Positions 19,344-29,341 of a stretch of DNA of 45,821 nt are shown here, piece after piece. The translations under genes and the position numbers were made by a program. The DNA lies in IMG/VR virus record IMGVR_UViG_2695420343_000003, one strand, 5' to 3'. The first letter of the stretch is position 1. Each line of letters starts with the position of its first letter. The notes beneath the pieces are model-generated. The model was not told where the DNA came from, ran no database searches, and was given only the letters and a program-made list of their open reading frames with translations. The DNA is from a virus. Its lineage: Duplodnaviria; Heunggongvirae; Uroviricota; Caudoviricetes.

Positions 19344-19607
19344 ATGCCATGAGCGATCTGCTGCTTGAGTGACTAGCACCCGAGGGTTCTTTTTTATTGT
19401 CCCAGCGATGGCTACAACTTCTTCTCGGACTGCGCGAGCAGATGCGTTTTTTTCGGCTGTGTACTCAGCGTCTGGAAGATAAAACCAGTTTCCTGCTCCA
19501 TCTTGAATTTCGCGAAAGTATCTTCGGGATTCCATCGCCTCATGAAGGCGATTGTAGTCATCGGATGATGCACCCACAAGCTCAACGCGGACAGTAAAAC
19601 TAGCCAT
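19329..19607 (-). CDS. Hypothetical protein (92 aa), reverse-oriented moron between Q and holin
   Basis: ATG at 19607 with strong AAGGAG RBS; MASFTVRVELVGASSDDYNRLHEAMESRRYF…. Confidence 0.5.
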   Translation of the reverse strand: MASFTVRVELVGASSDDYNRLHEAMESRRYFREIQDGAGNWFYLPDAEYTAEKNASARAVREEVVAIAGTIKKNPRVLVTQAADRSWHLIKK

Positions 19608-19701
19608 ATATACTCCTTTAATTGATATGGTTACTTTTGGCGATTTAACGATATCAAACACGAGGATATACCGCCAGAAGCTTAATCTGGCACTCCAGCT
19701 G

Positions 19702-19726
19702 GCCCCGGCATGTCCCGGGGCTTTTT
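19702..19726 (+). terminator. GC-rich hairpin terminator upstream of holin
   Basis: gccccggcatgtcccggggc + TTTTT. Confidence 0.5.
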
Positions 19727-19824
19727 CGTTGTCAGGCTCCGGAAACATCCTCGACTTCTTGTGAGCAAGCCTGAGAGCCTGAATCTTACATTTAGCACCA
19801 TCCGAACTCTCGGAGGTGAGGCTT

Positions 19825-20166
19825 ATGAAAATGCACAATGCCCCTCATTCCTGGCCTGACTTACTGGAACTCTTACAAAGTTGGTGGCGTGGAGATACGC
19901 CGCTGGGCGCAGTGATCATGTCAATTATTATGGCTGGTTTGCGCATTGCCTATTTTGGCGGTGGCGGCGGCTGGAAACGAAAAACGCTTGAGATTTTGCT
20001 CTGTGGTGCCCTGACGCTGACCTTTGCATCCGCGCTTGAGTATGTCGGATGGCCTAAATCACTTTCTGTTGCCATTGGTGGTGGGGTGGGGCTGATTGGT
20101 GTTGATGCTATTCGTGGTGCGGCAATGAGGGTCATCGGTAACAAGTTCGGTGCCCATAAGGAGTAA
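19825..20166 (+). CDS. Class I holin with lambda S-like dual start (MKM)
   Basis: GGAGG RBS 8 nt before ATG AAA ATG; three predicted TM segments; charged C-terminus; immediately upstream of endolysin. Confidence 0.65.
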   Translation: MKMHNAPHSWPDLLELLQSWWRGDTPLGAVIMSIIMAGLRIAYFGGGGGWKRKTLEILLCGALTLTFASALEYVGWPKSLSVAIGGGVGLIGVDAIRGAAMRVIGNKFGAHKE

Positions 20167-20169
20167 TTA

Positions 20170-20646
20170 ATGCAGACACTTAATTCCCAGCGTAAAGCTT
20201 TCCTTGATATGGTGGCATGGTCAGAAGGAACAGATAACGGACGGCAGAAAACCAGAAATCACGGTTATGATGTTATTGTCGGTGGCGAACTGTTCACTGA
20301 TTACTCCGATCACCCCCGCAAACTTGTCACGCTAAATCCGAAACTCAAATCAACAGCCGCCGGACGTTACCAGCTTCTTTCTCGCTGGTGGGATGCCTAC
20401 CGCAAGCAACTTGGCCTGAAAGATTTTTCCCCAGAAAGTCAGGATGCTGTAGCGCTGCAGCAGATTAAAGAGCGTGGCGCTTTACCGATGATTGACCGCG
20501 GCGATATTCGTCAGGCAATCAACCGTTGTAGCAATATCTGGGCGTCGTTACCTGGTGCAGGTTACGGTCAGTATGAACATAGAATCGGTGACCTGATTTC
20601 CCGATTTAAAGAAGCTGGTGGGGTGGTAAATGAAGCTGAGATATAA
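20170..20646 (+). CDS. R: Endolysin, lambda R-like lytic transglycosylase
   Basis: 158 aa, near-identical to recalled lambda R (…QRKAFLDMVAWSEGTDNGRQKTRNHGYDVIVGGELFTDYSDHPRKLVTLNPKLKST…). Confidence 0.9.
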   Translation: MQTLNSQRKAFLDMVAWSEGTDNGRQKTRNHGYDVIVGGELFTDYSDHPRKLVTLNPKLKSTAAGRYQLLSRWWDAYRKQLGLKDFSPESQDAVALQQIKERGALPMIDRGDIRQAINRCSNIWASLPGAGYGQYEHRIGDLISRFKEAGGVVNEAEI

Positions 20647-21022
20647 GCTGGTTATTGTTGCCTTCTTTGTTACCGTCATCGGTTCTTTTATCTGGTCTGC
20701 CGGGCATTACTACAGCAAATATCAACACGAAAAGGAGCGTGCTGATGAGGCTGTACGAAATGCTGAATCTGCAACAGCTATTACCAGTAACGTCCTGCAA
20801 TCACTGCAAATCATCAATACAGTTATAGAGGCTAACCAGCATGCAAAACAGCAGATCGCACTGGAGTCACAGAGAACCCAGGAAGATATCAAAGTGGCTG
20901 TTGCGGATGATGATTGCGCTGTTCGTATCGTTCCTTCTGGCGCAGTTAAGCGGTTGCACGAATACGCGAACGGTATACGTGTCGGTGCCGGTCGTTCCGT
21001 TACCAGCCAGTCTGACGGATGA
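20630..21022 (+). CDS. Rz-like i-spanin
   Basis: N-terminal TM segment (LVIVAFFVTVIGSFIWSA) then coiled-coil periplasmic domain; follows endolysin. Confidence 0.65.
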   Translation: MKLRYKLVIVAFFVTVIGSFIWSAGHYYSKYQHEKERADEAVRNAESATAITSNVLQSLQIINTVIEANQHAKQQIALESQRTQEDIKVAVADDDCAVRIVPSGAVKRLHEYANGIRVGAGRSVTSQSDG

Positions 21023-21185
21023 AACACCCCAGCCAGATTTACCCGACCCGTTTACGTGGGGAGCCAGCCTTAACCTGAATGTTGCGTTGTTGTCAGCGTT
21101 AGCACAGTGCAACAGGGATAAGGCTGATATCAGGACTTTTGAGAAAAACAGGGCAGCACAAACTAATGGCACGATTAAACGTTGA
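20910..21185 (+). CDS. Rz1-like o-spanin lipoprotein (overlapping, +1 frame)
   Basis: Lipobox LAQLSGC followed by Pro-rich segment (PVVPLPASLTDETPQPDLPDPF); starts inside Rz and extends 163 nt beyond its stop. Confidence 0.5.
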   Translation: MIALFVSFLLAQLSGCTNTRTVYVSVPVVPLPASLTDETPQPDLPDPFTWGASLNLNVALLSALAQCNRDKADIRTFEKNRAAQTNGTIKR

Positions 21186-21488
21186 AGTTATCCCACCAGA
21201 CAGCGAAACGATGAACGGGATTTTTGCAGAGATTGAACGTAAATATGCGCATCAGCCGATGACGCCAAAAGTTATCGATGAAATGCAACGCGAAGCGGCG
21301 CGCCTTGTAAGGCGAGCGACAAACACGAAGGTTACGTTTGTTCGGGACTGACATTACAGAAGCTCCTTTGATAAGGAGCTTCGATAATGTCACTAAGAGG
21401 AAAAATTCATGGCAAAACCGGACTGGGAGGCCATCGAATCGGTGCCCCGGGCCAGATTGCTCTCTCCGTTAAATCAGAACTCAAAATC

Positions 21489-21950
21489 CTATCCGTGGAA
21501 AATATTTGCATCCAAATCATCTATGAGATTAGACCTAACTGATTCATAATTTTTCCCATATGCGGCCCCTTTACCTGAATGGGTTACATGCCCAATAGGA
21601 CCGTACAGAAGTATAGAGATTGTGAATGATATTTCATCAGAAATGCCGCCTATCTTTTGAAACCAAAGTTCCGGGTTACGATTCCGGTCGGTTACAACGT
21701 CAAATACAAGCGCGATAAGATCTGGGAGATAGTTCATGTTAAATCCGCCATTTGGGGTCAACTCGAGATTCAACAGGGCTTTGATGGAGGGATAATTGCT
21801 TACATCATCCTGAATGCCATTCTTAAGAGTTGTAAACACAAAGTTCAGCATTTCAGCAACTTTATCTTTGTTTGGTTCTACTCCATTTCTGAAGGACCGC
21901 TCTCCAGATTCATATTTTTCAACACAAAAATCTAATAAATTCATTATCAT
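21489..21950 (-). CDS. Hypothetical protein (153 aa), AT-rich reverse-oriented moron
   Basis: Minus-strand ORF between lysis cassette and terS; AT-rich; hairpin gaagctcctttgataaggagcttc at ~21360..21385 downstream. Confidence 0.5.
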   Translation of the reverse strand: MIMNLLDFCVEKYESGERSFRNGVEPNKDKVAEMLNFVFTTLKNGIQDDVSNYPSIKALLNLELTPNGGFNMNYLPDLIALVFDVVTDRNRNPELWFQKIGGISDEISFTISILLYGPIGHVTHSGKGAAYGKNYESVRSNLIDDLDANIFHG

Positions 21951-21966
21951 TCCCCGAGGTAACTAA

Positions 21967-22518
21967 ATGGCGCTCACCGACAAACAAGAGATGTTCTGTC
22001 GCGAGTACCTCATCGATTTAAACGCCACGCAAGCGGCTATTCGGGCGGGGTACAGCGCTAAGACAGCTAACCGTACCGCATCCGAAAACCTGTCAAAACT
22101 TGACATCAAGTTAAGAATCGCCGAACTGAAAGCGCAACGCAATGATCTTGTTGGTATTAATGCAGAATATGTACTTAATCGCCTTATTGAAATCGACCAG
22201 ATGGATGTGCTTGACATTCTCCTGCAAAACGGTGAGCTAAAACCCATTAAAGACTGGCCTAAGGTATGGCGCACAACGCTATCAGGAATGGATGTCGTGG
22301 AGATGGTATCCGCAGATAGCGCCGCACTTCTGAAGAAAATCAAATGGCCTGATAAGGTTAAAAACCTTGAGTTGCTTGGGCGCCATATTTCTGTTCAGGC
22401 GTTTAAAGACAACGTCAAAAATGAAGTGACTGGTGCTGACGGAGGACCAGTCAGAACAGAAATTACCAACTTAACGCCGGAGCAGGCTGCAGAAGCGTAT
22501 AAAAAAATGATGGGCTAA
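21967..22518 (+). CDS. Terminase small subunit
   Basis: 183 aa; N-terminus [30 protein letters not shown] typical of Terminase_2-type small subunits; directly precedes the large subunit. Confidence 0.8.
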   Translation: MALTDKQEMFCREYLIDLNATQAAIRAGYSAKTANRTASENLSKLDIKLRIAELKAQRNDLVGINAEYVLNRLIEIDQMDVLDILLQNGELKPIKDWPKVWRTTLSGMDVVEMVSADSAALLKKIKWPDKVKNLELLGRHISVQAFKDNVKNEVTGADGGPVRTEITNLTPEQAAEAYKKMMG

Positions 22519-22520
22519 GT

Positions 22521-24143
22521 ATGCCGTTACCATTTCACTTCGATTTTAAACATCCTGATTACCAGATGGTTTTTGAATGGCGGATGGAACGCTTACAGCG
22601 CATTCGCCAGAACCCTGAAATATTGCCTGCACTAAAACAGTTTTATCGCACCAACCCGGCACAGTTCATCATCGACTGGGGTATGACTACTGACCCGCGT
22701 AACATCGATTATGGCCTGCCGGTCACCATCCCTTTTCTGCTGTTCCCGAAACAGGAAGAGTGGATTCACTGGATCATGGAGCGGCGCGAACGACTGGAGA
22801 ACGGCATCACCGAAAAGAGCCGCGAAATGGGGCTCAGTTGGACCGCGATCGGGCTGGCCTGCTCGCTTTGTCTCTTCAACAAAGAAATGGTTATCGGTTT
22901 CGGCTCCCGTAAAGAGGAATACGTCGACAGCACCGGTGACCCGAAGGCGCTGTTCTGGAAGGCGCGAAAGTTCGTGGAAACACTGCCCATCGAGTTTCGT
23001 GGTTCGTGGGACGAGAAGAAGCATGCGCCGTATATGCGCGTTGAGTTTCCAGATACTGGCGCGGTTATCAAAGGAGAGGCTGGCGACAATATCGGACGTG
23101 GTGACCGTACCACGCTCTACCTGGTGGATGAAGCTGCATTCCTCCAGCGTCCTCTGTTGATTGATGCGGCGCTGTCGCAAACCACCCGTTGCCGTATTGA
23201 CCTGAGCTCGGTTAATGGCATGGCGAACCCGTTCGCGCAGAAGCGCCACGGCGGAAAAATACCAGTATTCACGTTCCACTGGCGAGATGACCCGCGCAAG
23301 GATGAAGAGTGGTATCGCAGGGAGTGCGAGAAAATCGACAATCCGGTGGTGGTGGCGCAGGAACTTGACCTGAACTACAGCGCATCTGCGGAAGGCGTCC
23401 TGATCCCGTCCGACTGGGTACAGGCTGCCGTCGACGCGCATATCAAACTTGGTATTCAGCCAACGGGCAAGCGACTGGGCGCGATGGACGTCGCCGACGA
23501 AGGCCGGGACAAAAATGCCTTTTCGACCCGTCACGGCTTCCTTCTGGAGAACGTGCGTGAATGGTCCGGCGTTGGCAGCGACATTTACCAGTCTGTTGAG
23601 AAGGTCTTCGGCTTTTGCGAACAGGACAACCTCGAAGAGTTTCGCTTCGACGAGGACGGCCTGGGTGCTGGCGTTCGCGGCGATGCGCGCGCCATCAACG
23701 AACTGCGTTACGCAGCGCGCCGACCGTCAATACTCGCCACACCGTTTCGTGGTAGCGGCGCGGTATTTGATCCGGATGATGAAGCTGTTCGCGGGGACAA
23801 CGGGCAAGCCGCACGTCTGAACAAGGACTTCTTCGCTAACGCCAAAGCCCAGAGCTGGTGGCGGTTACGTAAACTTTTTCAGAATACCTGGCGCGCCGTG
23901 GTTGAAGGTATGGCTTACAACCCGGACGAAATCATCTCAATCAGCAGTAGCATGGCACTCAAAGATAAACTCATCATCGAGCTTTCGCAGCCGACCTATT
24001 CCATTAATGGTGTGGGAAAAATCGTTATTGATAAACAGCCTGATGGAACCCGATCGCCAAACCTTGCCGACTCGGTGATGATCAACTATGCCCCAATGAA
24101 TTCAGCCCTGAACATCTGGGAGCTGCTAGGGAGACAGGCCTGA
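22521..24143 (+). CDS. Terminase large subunit
   Basis: 540 aa; Walker B-like [11 protein letters not shown]; located between terS and portal. Confidence 0.75.
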   Translation: MPLPFHFDFKHPDYQMVFEWRMERLQRIRQNPEILPALKQFYRTNPAQFIIDWGMTTDPRNIDYGLPVTIPFLLFPKQEEWIHWIMERRERLENGITEKSREMGLSWTAIGLACSLCLFNKEMVIGFGSRKEEYVDSTGDPKALFWKARKFVETLPIEFRGSWDEKKHAPYMRVEFPDTGAVIKGEAGDNIGRGDRTTLYLVDEAAFLQRPLLIDAALSQTTRCRIDLSSVNGMANPFAQKRHGGKIPVFTFHWRDDPRKDEEWYRRECEKIDNPVVVAQELDLNYSASAEGVLIPSDWVQAAVDAHIKLGIQPTGKRLGAMDVADEGRDKNAFSTRHGFLLENVREWSGVGSDIYQSVEKVFGFCEQDNLEEFRFDEDGLGAGVRGDARAINELRYAARRPSILATPFRGSGAVFDPDDEAVRGDNGQAARLNKDFFANAKAQSWWRLRKLFQNTWRAVVEGMAYNPDEIISISSSMALKDKLIIELSQPTYSINGVGKIVIDKQPDGTRSPNLADSVMINYAPMNSALNIWELLGRQA

Positions 24144-25609
24144 TGGCACGAAACAAACAAGCCCTGCGGCGAACTGCGCAGGCCACAGCTGATGGTTATG
24201 AGAATTTTATTGCCCGCGTAGGGATGCAGACACCTAACCAGCACTCAGCATCCACCTACCGGGCTAATTTCACCAGTCGTAACCGCATGCTGGTGGAATG
24301 GTCCTATCGTTCGTCCTGGATTATCGGCGAAGCGGTCGATGCTATCCCGGATGATATGACCCGCAAAGGCATTCGCATCACGTCGGAAATTGATGCAAAA
24401 GATCGCGGCATTCTCGAATCACAACTGGATGAGTTGCAAATCTGGGATGCGCTGAATGACGTGCTGAAATGGTCGCGCCTCTACGGCGGCGCGGTGGGTT
24501 TCATCATGATTGAGGGGCAGGCACCAATGACCCCGCTGCGACCCGAAACCATCGGTAAGGGCAAGTTTAAGGGTATTCTCCCGCTCGACCGCTGGATGAT
24601 CGACCCGGTACTGACCCGCCGCATTAAAGATATGGGGCCGGACCTGGGTAAACCTGAGTTTTACGATGTGGTGACCACAGCAACGGGAATTCCAGCCTGG
24701 CGCATTCATCACAGTCGCCTGATTCGCTTTGATGGCGTCACGCTGCCATTTCAGCAGAAGATGACCGAGAACGAATGGGGAATGTCGGTTGTAGAGCGTA
24801 TCTGGGATCGTCTTACCGCGTTCGACAGCGCTACTGTCGGTGCGGCGCAGTTGGTCTACAAGGCGCATCTGCGCACCTACAGCGTGGAGAAGCTACGCGA
24901 GCTTATCGCACTTGGTGGTCCTGCGTATGAAGCGTTGCTGAAGAATATCGACCTGATTCGACAGTTCCAGAGCAATGAAGGTATGACGCTCATGGACTCG
25001 CGGGATAAGTTTGAAACGCATCAGTACAGCTTCAGTGGTCTGGATGACATCCTATCGCAGTTTGCAGAACAGATTAGTGGCGCTGTTGGTATCCCACTGG
25101 TGCGGTTGTTCGGACAGTCCCCGAAAGGATTTTCTACCGGTGATGCAGACCTTGCCAACTATTACGACCGCATCAGTTCGCTGCAGGAGAGGCGTTTACG
25201 TCTTCCGGTGCGGCGGATACTGGACATCATGCATCGCTCGGAACTTGGCAAGCCGCTGCCGGACGATTTCACGTTTGAGTTTAACCCGCTCTGGCAAATG
25301 TCTGATGTCGATCGCTCAACGGTGGCGTTAAACACCACCAACGCAATCAGTACAGCGCTGGGTGATGGTCTGATGACACTGAAAGCCGCTATGACCGATT
25401 TGCGCGAAAATTCTGACGTAACCGGCATCGGGGCATCCATTACCGACGAGGACATCGAGAATGCCGAAGACGAAGCGCCGCCCGGCATCGGCGAACCTGA
25501 TGACGAACCGCAGGAACCGTCAGGCGGAAATCCGCTATCGAACCAGCCTACGCAGGATAGCGCGGGCGGTCGGGGACATCGTAAATGGTCACTACGATGG
25601 TTCAAATGA
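24143..25609 (+). CDS. Portal protein
   Basis: 488 aa following terL (ATGA overlap); acidic C-terminus; order terS-terL-portal-MuF. Confidence 0.7.
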   Translation: MARNKQALRRTAQATADGYENFIARVGMQTPNQHSASTYRANFTSRNRMLVEWSYRSSWIIGEAVDAIPDDMTRKGIRITSEIDAKDRGILESQLDELQIWDALNDVLKWSRLYGGAVGFIMIEGQAPMTPLRPETIGKGKFKGILPLDRWMIDPVLTRRIKDMGPDLGKPEFYDVVTTATGIPAWRIHHSRLIRFDGVTLPFQQKMTENEWGMSVVERIWDRLTAFDSATVGAAQLVYKAHLRTYSVEKLRELIALGGPAYEALLKNIDLIRQFQSNEGMTLMDSRDKFETHQYSFSGLDDILSQFAEQISGAVGIPLVRLFGQSPKGFSTGDADLANYYDRISSLQERRLRLPVRRILDIMHRSELGKPLPDDFTFEFNPLWQMSDVDRSTVALNTTNAISTALGDGLMTLKAAMTDLRENSDVTGIGASITDEDIENAEDEAPPGIGEPDDEPQEPSGGNPLSNQPTQDSAGGRGHRKWSLRWFK

Positions 25610-26234
25610 CAGTATCACGGAAATTATTGAGGCGCTGGAACGCTACAGTGAAATCATCACCCCCTGGGCGACAAAGGTCGCGGAAAACTTTACCGCCGAC
25701 ATTGTGCGCAAGAATGATGAGCAGTGGCGTAAACACAGCAAAACCATCAGCCGTGAGCTACGCAATCTGGTAAACAGTGCCCCTCCAGGGCAGGTTATGA
25801 AATCCATCGTTGCTGAACAGGTTAAGTACATCAAATCGCTATCCCTCGAGGCGGCTGACAGGGTGTACGACATCCAGAATCGGGCGATAGAAGCTGTTGT
25901 TACCGGTGGGAGAGCGGAACATTTTGCTAAAGAAATAGCCGCATCGGGTGATATAGCAAAGTCCAGAGCTGACCTGATTGCCCGTACTGAACTTGGACGT
26001 GCAACCGGAGCGCTGGATCAGGCGCGTGCGCTGTCAATTGGTTCGAATGGTTATATCTGGCGTACAGCCGAAGATGGTGACGTCAGGCATTCTCATCAGG
26101 AAATGGAAGGTAAATTTGTCGAATGGGGTAAACCTCCAACGCTTGACGGCATGACAGGTCATGCTGGCGAGCTCCCGAATTGTCGCTGTTATAAAGAAAT
26201 CGTTTTTCCCACCTCCCAATCTTATCCCGCCTGA
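25461..26234 (+). CDS. Head morphogenesis protein (Mu F-like minor capsid protein)
   Basis: C-terminal hallmark …DGDVRHSHQEMEGKFVEW…GELPNCRCY; true start uncertain (track ORF overlaps portal by 149 nt). Confidence 0.65.
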   Translation: MPKTKRRPASANLMTNRRNRQAEIRYRTSLRRIARAVGDIVNGHYDGSNDSITEIIEALERYSEIITPWATKVAENFTADIVRKNDEQWRKHSKTISRELRNLVNSAPPGQVMKSIVAEQVKYIKSLSLEAADRVYDIQNRAIEAVVTGGRAEHFAKEIAASGDIAKSRADLIARTELGRATGALDQARALSIGSNGYIWRTAEDGDVRHSHQEMEGKFVEWGKPPTLDGMTGHAGELPNCRCYKEIVFPTSQSYPA

Positions 26235-26248
26235 ATCGCAGGTAACCC

Positions 26249-27469
26249 ATGAAATATTTTTTCAATACCCGGCTGGGAGAAACCCGCTACCAGCTGGCTG
26301 ACGGCTCGTTGCTGTGCAAAGACGTGCCGATAGGACGAACAGGTAAGCAGCTCTATGGTGCTGATGACCTGCCAAAACTGAAACCCGATAAGTTCGGTGA
26401 AATAGTCGTCACACGTTCTCCTGAGCAGGTATTCCATCCGGCCACGCTTGCCTCATTCGAAGGGATGAGCATCACGATCCTGCATCCTGAAGATGAAAAC
26501 GGGAATGTGCGGCTGGTAAATCCCGAGAACTGGAAAGAGCTTGCTGTCGGGCACCTCCAGAATGTCCGGCGCGGGACGGGTGTGCAGTCTGATTTGATGC
26601 TGGCTGACCTTATCGTCAAAGACGAAAACGCCATTCAGCTGATCGAAGATGGTCTGCGCGAAGTGTCGTGCGGCTATGACGCTGAGTACGAGCAGACCGA
26701 ACCCGGAAAAGCCGAGCAGGTCGATATTACCGGAAACCATGTGGCTCTTGTCCCTAAAGGCAGAGCCGGAAATCGTTGTGCAATTGGAGACAGAGACACA
26801 ATGGCAAATCAAAAGAAAAGCTGGTGGACCCGCATGCGCACGGCCATCAAAACGGGTGATGCTGACACCATGAACGAACTGCTGGACTCTGCGCCAGCGG
26901 CGGTAACGGGCGATGAAGGGGATCTGCCGAGCGGCGTTAACCTCAACATTAATCTTTCACCGCAACAACCATTGCCGGACAAAAAGCCGGAAATGGGCGG
27001 AGAGCCAACCGGCGACGGCGAGGACGATATCAAAACCTTGCTCAAAGCCCTGCTGGCTAAGCTGGAAGGTACTGCAACGGGCGATAACGATAATAAGCCT
27101 GACGATAATCCGACCGGTGACGGCGAGGGCGATGAAGAGGAAACCACGATTACTGGTGACTCAGCCTGGCGTGCCGAAGTTATCGTTCCGGGTATCGATC
27201 TGAGCCGTAAGATGAAACCGACCGCGTTCAAACGCGAGGTTCTGGCTTCTGCTGACAAAACGCTGGTTCGCCAGATAGTCGGTGATGCGGATATCCGCAA
27301 ATTGCCGAAACAATCGGTCGACATGGCGTTTAATGCCGTGTCTGAGATTGCCAAAGGGCGAAACACCCGCGCCACCACCGGCGATGCACAGCGCCTAAAC
27401 ATGGGCATGACCAGTATCGCTTCCCTGAACAAACAAAACGCTGAATTCTGGGCAAACCGTAAAGGGTAA
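26249..27469 (+). CDS. Putative scaffolding-like head protein
   Basis: 406 aa with long acidic low-complexity stretch (GDGEDD…DNDNKPDDNPTGDGEGDEEE); between MuF-like and capsid genes. Confidence 0.45.
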   Translation: MKYFFNTRLGETRYQLADGSLLCKDVPIGRTGKQLYGADDLPKLKPDKFGEIVVTRSPEQVFHPATLASFEGMSITILHPEDENGNVRLVNPENWKELAVGHLQNVRRGTGVQSDLMLADLIVKDENAIQLIEDGLREVSCGYDAEYEQTEPGKAEQVDITGNHVALVPKGRAGNRCAIGDRDTMANQKKSWWTRMRTAIKTGDADTMNELLDSAPAAVTGDEGDLPSGVNLNINLSPQQPLPDKKPEMGGEPTGDGEDDIKTLLKALLAKLEGTATGDNDNKPDDNPTGDGEGDEEETTITGDSAWRAEVIVPGIDLSRKMKPTAFKREVLASADKTLVRQIVGDADIRKLPKQSVDMAFNAVSEIAKGRNTRATTGDAQRLNMGMTSIASLNKQNAEFWANRKG

Positions 27470-27472
27470 AAA

Positions 27473-27979
27473 ATGAATAATGTATTTCTGTACCGGATGC
27501 CTGTTGGCATTGCCGGGGCTGTCTCTCGCCCGCAGGACTTAACCGTCGAACCGGTGGTCCTTAAATCCGATAACGCCTTCGCTGTCTATGGCCTGGCTGG
27601 TAAATACGATGATGACGGTTTTTTCGTGCCGCTGGCAGATGGTGATACCGCAGACAAGGTGAAGGGGATCTACGTGCGCCCTTATCCGACCACTTCGCAG
27701 CCGGACATGGTTCGCCAGGTGGGGACTGGCAAGAACTTCCCGGGCGACGCCATGAAGCGTGGCTACGTGACCGTTAATCTCGGTTCTGATTTTGATGCCA
27801 GCACCATCAAAAAAGGCGACCCGGTATACGTTGTCGTCTCCACTGATGAATCCATCAAAGTGCCGCTGGGTGGATTCATGTCCACGTCAGTCAGTGGCAA
27901 AAACGTGGTGCTGACCAACGCTGAATTCACAGGTGCCGGTGATGCTGACGGCAATGCAGAAATTTCCTGGAAGATTTAA
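27473..27979 (+). CDS. Phage structural protein (possible head decoration)
   Basis: 168 aa immediately upstream of major capsid gene. Confidence 0.45.
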   Translation: MNNVFLYRMPVGIAGAVSRPQDLTVEPVVLKSDNAFAVYGLAGKYDDDGFFVPLADGDTADKVKGIYVRPYPTTSQPDMVRQVGTGKNFPGDAMKRGYVTVNLGSDFDASTIKKGDPVYVVVSTDESIKVPLGGFMSTSVSGKNVVLTNAEFTGAGDADGNAEISWKI

Positions 27980-27990
27980 GGAACAGACGA

Positions 27991-28932
27991 ATGATTACTT
28001 TTGATCAGGCAACCGTTGACAGCTCTGGTGCCTTTCTCATCGGGGAGCTGGAGCGACTCGACCAGACGCTGAACCTGCCACTGGTGGGGTACACCTGGAC
28101 CCGCGATATTCAGTTGCGTGAAGATGTCTCTATCGCAGATGACATTTCCAGCTGGACGAATACCAGCTTCGCCGCTGCGGGTACTGGTGCAAATCCGAAT
28201 GGCAAAAACTGGGTAGGCAAAGACTCAACCGCTATTGCTGGCGTGAACGTGGATACCGGCAAATCCGGTAACCCGCTGAACCTGTGGGGGATGGAACTTG
28301 GCTGGACGGTCATAGAATTGCAGGCTGCTCAGCAGGTCGGCCGCCCGATTGATACGCAGAAGTATGACGGGATGCAACTGAAATGGCAGATGGATAACGA
28401 TGAACAGGTATATGTTGGCGATTCCGCATTAAACCTGAAAGGCCTTGTTACCCTGGACGGCGTGCCTGTCAACAACGCTGCCAAAACGTGGGCAACCTCA
28501 ACACCGGACGAAATCCGTGCAAGCATTAACCAGGTGCTGTCTGATGCGTGGGCCGCTTCCGGTTACTCTGTGGTTCCGCGTGATTTGCTGATCCCGCCTG
28601 AGCAGTTTGCTCTGTTGTCCAGCATCATCGTTTCATCTGCGGGTAACCAGTCCCTGTTGACGTACCTTCAGACCAACACCATCAGCTATCACCAGAACGG
28701 TGTTCCGCTGAATATCCGCGCGGTTAAATGGCTGAAAGGCCGTGGTGTGGGGAATAAGGATCGCATGGTTGCGTACACCAACGATAAAAAATACGTCCGC
28801 TACCCGCTGGTTCCGCTTCAGAGCGTGCCGGTGCAGTATCGCGGTCTGTATCAGATCGTCACTTACTACGGCAAGCTGGGTGCAGTCGAGCCAGTGTATA
28901 AAGAAACTCTGTCCTATGTGGACGGTATCTGA
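27991..28932 (+). CDS. Major capsid protein
   Basis: 313 aa in the expected position of the head module; followed by a hairpin (ggccccgaaaggggcc). Confidence 0.65.
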   Translation: MITFDQATVDSSGAFLIGELERLDQTLNLPLVGYTWTRDIQLREDVSIADDISSWTNTSFAAAGTGANPNGKNWVGKDSTAIAGVNVDTGKSGNPLNLWGMELGWTVIELQAAQQVGRPIDTQKYDGMQLKWQMDNDEQVYVGDSALNLKGLVTLDGVPVNNAAKTWATSTPDEIRASINQVLSDAWAASGYSVVPRDLLIPPEQFALLSSIIVSSAGNQSLLTYLQTNTISYHQNGVPLNIRAVKWLKGRGVGNKDRMVAYTNDKKYVRYPLVPLQSVPVQYRGLYQIVTYYGKLGAVEPVYKETLSYVDGI

Positions 28933-28972
28933 TAACCAGAATGGCCCCGAAAGGGGCCTGAAGGAAACTGAA

Positions 28973-29341
28973 ATGGCGAAAGAAAAGCTGGTTACCATCC
29001 ATGTTCACACCCCGTTTACGCTGACGCTCGGCGATCAGTCAAAACAGGAGTTTGGCCGGGGACGGCATAACGTACCGGAAGAGGTCGCGTCGCACTGGTT
29101 CACCCAGGCGCACTCTGAGCTTTCCGAAAGCGTGATTAGCGACACCGATGATCTGCAACCCATTATCGACGGCCTGCAAGCGCAGATTGCCGACAAAGAT
29201 AAGCTGATTGCCGATCTGAAAGATGCATTGCTCAAACTGCAGGAGCAGAACGACAGCCTGCAGGCGCAGATTACTACCGCCCGGACTGGCGGTAATGGGG
29301 CTAAAGATGCCAAAGAATCAAAGTCTGCCAGCGGTAAGTGA
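28973..29341 (+). CDS. Hypothetical virion protein (coiled-coil)
   Basis: ATG with AAGGAA RBS; heptad-rich [33 protein letters not shown]. Confidence 0.4.
   Translation: MAKEKLVTIHVHTPFTLTLGDQSKQEFGRGRHNVPEEVASHWFTQAHSELSESVISDTDDLQPIIDGLQAQIADKDKLIADLKDALLKLQEQNDSLQAQITTARTGGNGAKDAKESKSASGK

Noticed and set aside
18990-19830. Looked for Shiga toxin genes or tRNA genes in the Q-holin interval
   Set aside because: No ORF resembling StxA/StxB and no sequence I could fold as a tRNA cloverleaf; only small hypothetical ORFs and terminators present.
20722-21172. Minus-strand ORFs (20722..21027, 20867..21172) across the Rz/Rz1 region
   Set aside because: Antisense to the spanin genes within a tightly coupled lysis cassette; no independent support.
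22632-23534. 300-aa minus-strand ORF and other antisense ORFs within terminase and portal genes
   Set aside because: Fully contained in well-supported structural genes on the opposite strand; GC-rich antisense frames commonly stay open by chance.
25461-25609. 149-nt overlap between portal ORF and the Mu F-like ORF as a possible programmed frameshift fusion
   Set aside because: No slippery heptamer identified; more likely the Mu F-like gene starts at a downstream start codon or the portal C-terminus is over-extended in the track.
26353-27510. Minus-strand ORFs (26453..26812, 26809..27510) in the scaffold-like gene region
   Set aside because: Antisense to the acidic repeat region of a structural gene; low-complexity Ser/Pro-rich translations typical of chance ORFs.
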